A DNA stretch of 40,974 nt from a virus (lineage: Duplodnaviria > Caudoviricetes): the IMG/VR virus record IMGVR_UViG_3300025035_000602, positions 1-40,974 of that record; one strand, 5' to 3'. The notes under the pieces were generated by a model. It saw only the letters and a list, made by a program, of their open reading frames with translations. It did no database searches and was not told where the DNA came from. Positions 20,186 to 28,200 of the stretch are shown here, piece by piece. The translations under genes were made by a program, and so were the position numbers. Every line of letters begins with the position of its first letter. The first letter of the stretch is position 1.

Positions 20186-20485
20186 TTATTTGGAGCTAAC
20201 CACTCTACCATTAGGTAGTACTCCGCTTGTAGCCAATACGGTTTTTTCTATGAAACGCGGACCTGCTTGTACGGAAGAACCTTTATTTAGTTCTTCAATA
20301 TAATCCACATCATTTACAACCGATTGGCCTTCTTGTCGCCAGCTGTCCCTGGCTTTTCCAGTATCTACTGGGGTGGCCTCTTTTAAATTTTTCAAGAGAG
20401 CCCCCATCTTTTTCGATACTTCTTCTTTCTTATTTTTTTCAAACTCAGAAGCAATGTCAGGTAGTTTTACTTTCAATTTTATCAT
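20186..20485 (-). CDS. HK97 gp10-like tail completion / neck protein
   Basis: TPVDTGKARDSW...NDVDYIEELNKGSSVQAGPRFIE is the gp10-family signature; likely start MIKLK at 20485. Confidence 0.8.
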   Translation of the reverse strand: MIKLKVKLPDIASEFEKNKKEEVSKKMGALLKNLKEATPVDTGKARDSWRQEGQSVVNDVDYIEELNKGSSVQAGPRFIEKTVLATSGVLPNGRVVSSK

Positions 20486-20825
20486 CGATGATTTTATCTC
20501 CTCCAACAGATGATAGCATTTTAGTGAAGAACACTGAGCGTTTTAAAGAATCTACATCCATTATGTCGTCGTCTGTAACGCTCCTTTTCGCTTTCGGAGC
20601 CAATGAAGGAAACAAAGTACTCATTGATTCTTTAACACCCTGAGCACGTAACATCATGAATGTCCTCTGATCTTCACGCCAACCTATCGGTTTTTCCTCA
20701 AAGAAAGCCATCCATTTAGAGAATTCATCATAGGGCATTTCTTCCATCACTTCATGGGCATATTTTCCGAGATTAAAAGCTAGCTCATATACAGCCATCT
20801 CGGTGATACTAAGTTCTACTTTCCC
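20457..20825 (-). CDS. tail assembly chaperone C-terminal part (lambda gpT analogue), expressed by -1 frameshift
   Basis: Frame is open from the slippery site (KVELSITE-MAVYELAFNLG); MPYDEFSKWMAFF...PIG motif typical of gpT-like proteins. Confidence 0.8.
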   Translation of the reverse strand, partial: GKVELSITEMAVYELAFNLGKYAHEVMEEMPYDEFSKWMAFFEEKPIGWREDQRTFMMLRAQGVKESMSTLFPSLAPKAKRSVTDDDIMDVDSLKRSVFFTKMLSSVGGDKIIDDKIESKTT

Positions 20826-21175
20826 GCGGCACTGTCCATGCCCGAAAAAGTCATGATTTCTTTAGCGAGAACCGACAACTCGTCCATGGGGAACTGCTCA
20901 AAATCGTCTTCTTCAAGATCTTCTGCACCCTGCACAGAGAGTGTGATGATCTTCTTCAGCACATTGAGACTACCCTTTGTTTCAGCCAAAGCACTAATGA
21001 CATCAGTAGGCATGTCCTCATCATTACCGCCATTCTCCGCCTTAACAAGCTTTTCAGCTTCTTCCTGAATAGCCAGGACGCTCTTGACACTAAGCTTGCT
21101 AATGGTCAGCGCCTCTCCCATGAATTTGACTTGCTTGGAAACCTTCTTGGAAGCGAGCTGCTTAAATGTTGACAT
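20816..21175 (-). CDS. tail assembly chaperone (lambda gpG analogue)
   Basis: Between major tail and tape measure; start MSTFKQ at 21175 has an AGGAGA SD; ends at the slippery site. Confidence 0.8.
   Translation of the reverse strand: MSTFKQLASKKVSKQVKFMGEALTISKLSVKSVLAIQEEAEKLVKAENGGNDEDMPTDVISALAETKGSLNVLKKIITLSVQGAEDLEEDDFEQFPMDELSVLAKEIMTFSGMDSAAGK
20819..20825 (-). other. programmed -1 ribosomal frameshift site G GGA AAG
   Basis: GCG GGA AAG TAG ends the chaperone; a -1 shift reads GGG AAA GTA GAA CTT AGT ATC ACC GAG ATG GCT, in frame with the next ORF; same heptamer as lambda G/T. Confidence 0.9.
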
Positions 21176-21419
21176 TGGTGATATCTCCTGCTGGTTGTGA
21201 GAAGTGCTTGGAATGGATATGTTGGAAGTCATCCAAATTTTTCCTTAATGAATGAAGTAACGCAAGTGTTTCAAAAATCTCGGCAGACTTTGGACCTTCT
21301 GGAAAGTCTTTCATTCGGTCAAAAGTCTTTCTGATGCTGACGTCGATATGACGTCGCATGTTCTTAGTCGTAAGCCGAAGGACGTGATCCTTCGTAAACG
21401 GCTTAATACGTTCTGACAT
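21162..21419 (-). CDS. hypothetical protein (85 aa)
   Basis: AAGGAA SD; overlaps the chaperone start; no known motif. Confidence 0.65.
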   Translation of the reverse strand: MSERIKPFTKDHVLRLTTKNMRRHIDVSIRKTFDRMKDFPEGPKSAEIFETLALLHSLRKNLDDFQHIHSKHFSQPAGDITNVNI

Positions 21420-21439
21420 GTTGTATTCCTTGTTAGATG

Positions 21440-21468
21440 AAAGGGGTAGAATTTACCTACCCCCTTTT
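21440..21468 (-). terminator. probable intrinsic terminator after the major tail gene
   Basis: Minus strand GGGGTAG-GTAAATT-CTACCCC then TTTC; A/T runs on both sides. Confidence 0.65.
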
Positions 21469-21479
21469 TGGGTGATTAT

Positions 21480-22025
21480 TTAGACAGTATACGCGCCATA
21501 GAAATCAGACTGGATCGAAATGGTAACAGTTGCAGTGTTCGAATCAGTCAGCTGAGGGTTAACCTGAAGGGCTTCAATCTTGCCTACCCAGTAGTAGTAA
21601 GAATTGGCAACGTCTCCAATGCCAGTAGCCGAAGATGCATAACCCTCTGCACCTTCCGGTCTAGCATTCAGCAATGCAAACCGGAAAACATACTGGTTAC
21701 CGTCTCCAACCAAGCCGCCGAGGTTGGTGCCATCAGCCCAATCTGCGGGTACATAGTTAAGCTGTAGTTCAATGGAAGGCGCGTCAGACTGTCCCTGGAT
21801 CTGCTGAGAAGTTGCTTGACCATAGACGGGTACATTAACGATATTCGGCGGAGTGCCCATCGAAGGGAATTCCCGCACGTTTGTAATGCGATGCGCAGTA
21901 ACGCCAAAGTCAATAGACGCAAACAGGGCGTCAAAATTGGTTTTGTTGTGGACCGCAGGTACTGTGTCAGTAGACACAGAAAGATCCGAATAGATCCCTG
22001 CACCGATAGAGTTAATATGAGCCAT
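21480..22025 (-). CDS. major tail (tube) protein
   Basis: ITNVREFPSMGTPPNIVNVPVYGQATSQQIQGQSDAPSIELQLNY tube-protein-like pattern; synteny. Confidence 0.8.
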   Translation of the reverse strand: MAHINSIGAGIYSDLSVSTDTVPAVHNKTNFDALFASIDFGVTAHRITNVREFPSMGTPPNIVNVPVYGQATSQQIQGQSDAPSIELQLNYVPADWADGTNLGGLVGDGNQYVFRFALLNARPEGAEGYASSATGIGDVANSYYYWVGKIEALQVNPQLTDSNTATVTISIQSDFYGAYTV

Positions 22026-22028
22026 TTT

Positions 22029-22433
22029 TTATTCTCCGTTGTAGTAACTAAAAGGAATTGAGTATTCGTACATAAACAATGCTTGATCAACTTTGTCATT
22101 ACCAGAAGGTGTACACGTACTGTTTTGAAATTGAGTAGTGCCCTGTCCGGTTTTTACAGAGCGACCAACTAAGTGATCATCAAGCGTGTCTGCTATCTCA
22201 AAGGCCATTTTGTTACCTTTTCCGGCAGGAATAAAAATCTCTATTAATAACAATCCTGAAATTGAATTTACGTTTATACCGGCATTTCCCGGTATAACAC
22301 TCACTCTAATGAAAGTGTCGGCCTTCGATATTGCCATGAAGTTTGAAGGTCGGGTTAGGATTTTCTCCGCTCTCCATGAGTCAGATCCGAATATCGAGTA
22401 CACGTCCGTCTCTAATGTGGCGTATTTACCCAT
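22029..22433 (-). CDS. tail terminator-like protein
   Basis: Immediately before the major tail gene; FIRVSV...GLLLIEIFIPAGKG...IADTL...YSIPF pattern; start MGKYA with GAGGT SD. Confidence 0.7.
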   Translation of the reverse strand: MGKYATLETDVYSIFGSDSWRAEKILTRPSNFMAISKADTFIRVSVIPGNAGINVNSISGLLLIEIFIPAGKGNKMAFEIADTLDDHLVGRSVKTGQGTTQFQNSTCTPSGNDKVDQALFMYEYSIPFSYYNGE

Positions 22434-22782
22434 TAGGCACCTCGCTAATTCTGACAAGCGTGATATAGCCAGAGCTTACTGTTGGTAGTAGCAATTTAAA
22501 AGTCTTACCTTCTACCTTTACTCTGCTATATGCGCCGACTTCACCCAGATCTTTGGTTTTGAACATCAGCCTCTTTTCTTTGGTCTGTCTTTTCTTTTGA
22601 TCTTCCTCAATCTCCAAGACAACAGCCTTGATCATCTTGTTAGGATCTTCTTCCAAGCTGGCTTCGTTTTGTGAAAAGTCAAACTCTTCAGAAGAAGCAT
22701 TTGTAAATTCTACATCTAAGGCTAGATCTTTTAAACTTTTAAACGCAAATGACAATTGCCTGTCTATCAGAGCCTTGTACAT
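22426..22782 (-). CDS. putative head closure / head-tail joining protein
   Basis: Synteny between adaptor and tail terminator; 118-aa beta-rich protein. Confidence 0.55.
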   Translation of the reverse strand: MYKALIDRQLSFAFKSLKDLALDVEFTNASSEEFDFSQNEASLEEDPNKMIKAVVLEIEEDQKKRQTKEKRLMFKTKDLGEVGAYSRVKVEGKTFKLLLPTVSSGYITLVRISEVPNG

Positions 22783-23252
22783 CAGTTAGCCCTCCACCAA
22801 GTATAATTGCTCGTTGACAGCATAGGAGCAATCATACTATAAACATGGCTGGGCATATTGCTGGACGCTTTAATACCCTTCAAGACTATCCCAGAAACTT
22901 CAATTGTGTCTACAAAACCAACATCATCTAACAGACCATCATTATTGAGTAAGTGGTAAGCTAACTCGTAAGTGGCTTTAAGAATTCTTGAAGGATGGCC
23001 CTCAAAGTCAATCTCAAGACCTTTTGCTTTATCAAAATAGCTACCTGTACGAGGAAAAGACAATGGTTGAGAAGAGGACACAGCTACTCCACCCCATTCT
23101 TTTACGTCCAGAATGGAAGTAGCTGTGACCAGCGCTTTTTCTTTATTGTCAGGACTGGCCTCTTCCCACGCGGCTGCATCTAGTCTAGTGCTGAAGTAAC
23201 TGTCAGCGCTTGCTACACTAGCATACGAATTTACACCAACAGTGAGAGGCAT
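22782..23252 (-). CDS. head-tail adaptor (family often labelled 'DnaT-like ssDNA-binding')
   Basis: NSYASVASADSYF...KEKALVTAT..LD...W.G.....QPLSFPR...ILKATYELA; directly after the capsid gene. Confidence 0.75.
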   Translation of the reverse strand: MPLTVGVNSYASVASADSYFSTRLDAAAWEEASPDNKEKALVTATSILDVKEWGGVAVSSSQPLSFPRTGSYFDKAKGLEIDFEGHPSRILKATYELAYHLLNNDGLLDDVGFVDTIEVSGIVLKGIKASSNMPSHVYSMIAPMLSTSNYTWWRAN

Positions 23253-23263
23253 GTCACTTCCTT

Positions 23264-24445
23264 TTACTGATGGAAGACGGGTAGAACACCTAAGGTCAAC
23301 GCAGACGAAGTCTTACGCTGCCAAGTACCTACAACGTTTGCAAGAGCGTCAATAGTCGTGGTAACAGCCTTCGGAACGCCATTTTCAACGACATACATAT
23401 ACTCAGCATCTGACGGGAAAGCCTCTTCATTACCAACCCAGTTATAGCCTGCAGGATGGTAGATGTTACCCCAACGATACCAGATTGAAGCAGTACCACC
23501 GCCCTTGTAAGCTGACGGCTTTCTGTCAAATTCAACAGGCATCGGGACGTCTAAAGGCTCCATGGCAATTGCGCCTGGAAGAATAATGAAAGAGGTCTTC
23601 GTACCAACAACGTCAATTCCAGCGCCGGTATTAACCTTGGTGAGTTCAGCTGAACTAAAGCCTTGGTTAGCACGGGTAGGAATCAACCGGAACTTACCCT
23701 GGAAGATAGTGTTAAACTCAACAGTACCATCGGTGACCTTATCGCTATCAACAAGGTTGGCTGTTCGGAAAGAAGCGATAGTTTCAGGAGAACAGACCAA
23801 ATAAGCATACTCAGGTTCGTAATCCTTGTAAGCCATACCAAGCGCATCAAGCAATCCAGCAGCACGAGACGCGCCGATATTACCTGCGGCAGCTGCGCTA
23901 ACCATTCCTGCAGCGCCAAGATCTACGTAGAAGCCGTAACGCTTGTCCGTAGGGTCGTTCTCGAAAGTTTGTCCACCAAGGCCAGCGAGACCAGAACCAG
24001 CAGCAGCACCCATAATTAACTCAGAGAGAGCTACGCCCTTACAGATCGAAAGAATACTGGTATGCTCATCTTTAGAACGGGTATCCCCAAAGTCTCGGCT
24101 AATCTTCTGCAGCTTTTCGACATTCGTTACAACCTTCTGCATGTTAACTTGAGTAGCACCGTGAGTGCGGACAGTCTTAATGTAGCGAAGGTGTTCAGTG
24201 GTATTGTCAGTGGTTAACCCATCAGCAGCATCAGTCAGTGACGCCACGTTGATAGTCGGATTAAGCGGCTGGTTCCAACGAAGCTGACCCATGAAAGTTT
24301 CAGTATTGCGGTCAATTTCGGAATTGCTACTTACAATCCCAGTACCAGAGAGCCTTCGTGCGTCAGTGTAGGCTTCATGTGAGTAAGCACCCATTACAGC
24401 TTGTAGTACGTACTCGTCTGCGCCTGCAAGATCGGTAGTTGCCAT
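23264..24445 (-). CDS. major capsid protein
   Basis: 393 aa, follows the scaffold and precedes the adaptor; AAGGAA SD; Ala/Gly/Thr-rich; assigned mainly by synteny. Confidence 0.8.
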   Translation of the reverse strand: MATTDLAGADEYVLQAVMGAYSHEAYTDARRLSGTGIVSSNSEIDRNTETFMGQLRWNQPLNPTINVASLTDAADGLTTDNTTEHLRYIKTVRTHGATQVNMQKVVTNVEKLQKISRDFGDTRSKDEHTSILSICKGVALSELIMGAAAGSGLAGLGGQTFENDPTDKRYGFYVDLGAAGMVSAAAAGNIGASRAAGLLDALGMAYKDYEPEYAYLVCSPETIASFRTANLVDSDKVTDGTVEFNTIFQGKFRLIPTRANQGFSSAELTKVNTGAGIDVVGTKTSFIILPGAIAMEPLDVPMPVEFDRKPSAYKGGGTASIWYRWGNIYHPAGYNWVGNEEAFPSDAEYMYVVENGVPKAVTTTIDALANVVGTWQRKTSSALTLGVLPVFHQ

Positions 24446-24466
24446 ATTTTTTATTCCTTTAAAATT

Positions 24467-25123
24467 TTATTTTGGAAGTTTACCCTCCCTCGCCATTCGG
24501 ACGACTTCTTCAAAAGATTTTTCAAAGAGGTTGCCTCCAGTTGAGGGAGCGCTGGTAGTTGTCGATTGCACCCCACTGCCAGAAGACACAGGCTTTTTAA
24601 ACAAGAAAGCATTAGCTTCATCTTCACGGAAAGATTTTGAGAAATCAGCAATAGAAGTACCAGACTTGTGTAGCCATTCACCGCTTTCGTCACGCACTAA
24701 TTGGGCTGTAATTTCTTGAAAGGCCATTTGTCTTGCCTTATCATTACGAAACTCAAAGGTGCTTAGAGTACTGTTGACAAAATTATCGCGAGTGAGTGTA
24801 AGGTTGACACTCTGCAATTCTTCTACAGATTGTCTAAGGGTAGCTAATTCAGCCTCATGCGCCTCTTTGTGTTTTCCTTCATCTTTCAAACGTTGGATTT
24901 CTGCTTCACGTTCTTTCTGCTTAAACACAGCAACTTCAGCTCTAGCCGTATCGCGCTCTTCATAAGCCCTATCGAGATTGGCCTTCATATTTCTTAGCGC
25001 TTCTGCTATAGCAGCATCCAGTTCAGCCTTTGAAAAGGTCTTGTTAGACGTATCAGGTGTAACTGGGGTTGCTGGTAGGTCATCTGCCGGCGGAGTATCG
25101 CCAGTATTGCTTTCGGTAGACAT
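24467..25123 (-). CDS. capsid scaffolding protein
   Basis: Low-complexity N-terminus, KTFSKAELD motif, long charged coiled coil, Ser/Gly/Thr linker and short C-terminal helix; upstream of the capsid gene. Confidence 0.8.
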   Translation of the reverse strand: MSTESNTGDTPPADDLPATPVTPDTSNKTFSKAELDAAIAEALRNMKANLDRAYEERDTARAEVAVFKQKEREAEIQRLKDEGKHKEAHEAELATLRQSVEELQSVNLTLTRDNFVNSTLSTFEFRNDKARQMAFQEITAQLVRDESGEWLHKSGTSIADFSKSFREDEANAFLFKKPVSSGSGVQSTTTSAPSTGGNLFEKSFEEVVRMAREGKLPK

Positions 25124-25133
25124 TTCAATTCCT

Positions 25134-25169
25134 TTGAGTACGACTCAATTTTGTAGAGATACAATCTCT
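25134..25169 (-). promoter_or_regulatory. two tandem 6-bp/3-nt-loop hairpins in the scaffold leader
   Basis: Minus strand AGAGAT-TGT-ATCTCT and TTGAGT-CGT-ACTCAA; the second overlaps the AAAGGA SD. Confidence 0.5.
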
Positions 25170-25200
25170 TCCTTTTAAACTATAAAAACAGATTACCCTT

Positions 25201-25225
25201 ATCGTAAAGGGTTAATTTAACTCAG
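25201..25225 (-). promoter_or_regulatory. candidate phage-RNAP promoter CTGAGTTAAATTAACCCTTTACGAT (overlaps a terminator-like hairpin)
   Basis: 22/25 identical to 40347..40371; upstream of scaffold/capsid; also forms ACCCTT-TACGAT-AAGGGT followed by a T5 tract. Confidence 0.55.
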
Positions 25226-28200
25226 CCAACACCATACCAGTAGTAATTATTATCAAAATTATCAGTAATCTCTTCTAAAACGTCTTCTATAGTGAGTATG
25301 TCTTCTTTTGTAAGCAGTTTGCCGCCTACTACAGACTTACCAGGGACAGGTATTAGACCCAATTTAATAGCCTCTTCTCGGTACTTTTTGTAGAGTTCTT
25401 TAGGAAAACCTCTATTAAGCATTTCTTTCAAAGTCTCTTCAATTACATTTACGCTTAATGCCTCGGCGTATATCTTTTTCAAAGCCCTTCTTGCCTCTAA
25501 CATGTCACCTACATTAGTGAAGAAAGCATCGTGAATTGTTGAAGTATGAATTTTAACCTTTCTACCCCACTCATGAAACTTCTTTACAATAACAGCATCA
25601 TTGGAATGGTTACCATTGACCGCAAACGCTGTTCTAGCCTTTGTCAAATCGGCTATATCGAAGATTTTACCTGATTTATTGATGATCTGTTCCCACCAGG
25701 TTGCTTCAGTACGTTGAGGAACATTGAGCATGTTAACAACCCAATTACCGTCCTTGTCTCGGTATGTAAGTCGTTGCTGGAATGTTTGTGTGAAAGATTG
25801 CTCTAAAGCTTTCTTTTCAAAATTAACCCAAGGCACTGTAGTCCACGTTTTAGGTAATTTATTTGCAAAAAACAACTCAAACTCGTTCAGCGTCTTCAAC
25901 TGCAAAAGTTCAATTTTAAAATACTTTGCTCCTGTTCTCCTTGTTTTGGGAGCCTCTACACCAAGAAGGATATCAGCGAGGTTTCCATTGGGTTTCCACA
26001 AACCTATGCTCTTTAAGAAAGTTTCACTGACAGGTCTCTTAGGCGGTAAACCTAACAACTCATTTACACGGTCAGGTAAGACGTATTGTCTGCCACGCTT
26101 ACCAGACAATGAAATTTTTGCGATAGACTTCCAATCCATTGCAGAGTTTTTAGGGTTAGCATTCGACAAAAAGTCTGAAGCCAATCTTCCAAAGTATCTT
26201 GTGAATTGCTCAAGAATAGGTACTCTTTCGGCTAAATGCTCACTCATGATTTTAGCAATTTTGGCAAAGTCCGCTGGAGTTACAACTTTTTCGTACGTAC
26301 GTGTCATTCTATCAAGAATCTCCCTTGTATTATTATCAAGGAAATACAGAGCTTCCATAATATCATCACCTGGTACGGATCCGTTATCAAACACGTCTTT
26401 GACATCTTTTCTTAAGGCTATAAGTTCATCATAAGTCTCTTCATCAAACTTTTTATATCTAGCGGCTCTGGCTGAAATCTGATCAAGGACTAAGTTTTTA
26501 TCAGCAGCTTTTACAACCAAGATATCACTTTCTTTCTCTAAAACCTTAGCTAATTTGCCTTCAACGTTTAGAGCGACCGTTCTGGCGCCTGCTCCGTACA
26601 ATTGTACCATGTTACCTGCCTTAGCAGCCTTTTTCAAGTCTTTCTCACTAAGCCCTAATTTTACATTAATAGCTTTGAAACGAGGATCATTAAAAGTATC
26701 AGCCGCAATTTCATCATAAAGACGTCTTTTTTGATCCGTATTGATTACGTTGGAAAGACCTGCCAGTTGCTTATTACGTGTTGTGAGGGCAATAATCTGA
26801 GCACCCGAAGAGGAAGCGTCTTGTTCTAAGGCTAAGGATGTTTTGTATTGATTCAGTCTAGAGATATCATAAGTACCACTAGGTACCTCTCTTAAGTATC
26901 TATCGATCTTCGCAAGCTCTATAGCAAACCTGAAAAACTTAGCTTGTTCTTCAGGGTCTATTTCCAATACAAGCTTATTCGTTAAAATATCACGAATATC
27001 CTGCGGCTTGTTTCGAAGCATTTTGTTACCAATTGATATCATCTCACCACGATATTTTTCGGCAATCTTTTGACGACCTAGAACTGTTAAACTGTTATAG
27101 CGACCCTCAAGGGTATCACTAAGGCCGCCTAAGAATGCGCCTATTTGATCATTAAGATTTTTGTACCCGTTAACGCCTAGAATCTTTTCCTGAGCTGTAT
27201 TAAGGAAGGGTCTAAATGCTTCGCCAGACTGTGGTCCTATCAATCCACGCTCGTATACTCTAGCACGATGGTCTACAAAAGGATGATTAGAAAAAGCATG
27301 GCCTTTGTTTCTCAGCCATTCCATAGCCTTAAAACGCTCGTAAGTATCACCACGTGATGCCAAATAAGCACGGTAGCCGTTCAAATCGTCAAAGAATTGA
27401 GCCTTACCCTTATCATCTCTGAAATACAAAAGGTTTTTGATGAAGTCATAAAAATCTCCGTCAATTCTATAGCTTGATTCTCCTGCCCAGTTCAAAGCAT
27501 CAGCAAAATCTTTCGTTATAAAACTATCAGGAAAAGTACTAAAACTGCTGGTCGAAGTAACAGGTATTCTTGTGTCATAGTATATTCCAGGACCCTCTCT
27601 GATAAAGTAGGTTTTAAAACCCTCTCTCACTAGAAGACGCTGCTTATCACTTATGACACCTACCCGCATTCCCAATTCTACCTTACGCGTAAGCTGTGCG
27701 TAATTTTGCACAGAAGGGTCTACTATGCGAAGGTTGTACGACAGTGTATCGTAATATGGACCAAAATAGGCTCCACTCATCTTTGACTTCATACGTCTCT
27801 TCTGTACACCGAAGGTCTCTAATTTAAACATCTCAGAGGCTTTTCTAGCTTCTAACAATCTGAGACCTAATGTATACCACTGATTTCTACTTCCATTGAA
27901 ATTCGCCATGTTATACAAATCGCGCCCTAAAGCTACGGCAAACTCATCTCTATCAGGCGAGTCTGCCAGGGCTAGTCTGTTGGCAAACCTCAAGTAAAAT
28001 TGCTGCAGGTCATCTTCCTTTAAACGACGTCTTAACTTCAATGGGATCCTATAGTCAAAAATGGACCGAAGCCTTCTGGCAATCTTCGGTGCCTTGCGAT
28101 TTTCCCATAAGTTTTTAGCCTTGATGTTTTTGACTAAGTTTTCTGCTAAGTCTTCCAGCTGAACTTCGCCTAAAACTGGATCTACATAATTGTTAATCAA

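Noticed and set aside
20125-20211. ORF-track N-terminal extension of the tape measure (start 20211)
   Set aside because: It spans a terminator hairpin and overlaps the upstream gene; ATG 20124 has a strong SD.
22782-23252. DnaT-like primosomal function
   Set aside because: Its position between capsid and head-closure genes indicates a head-tail adaptor.
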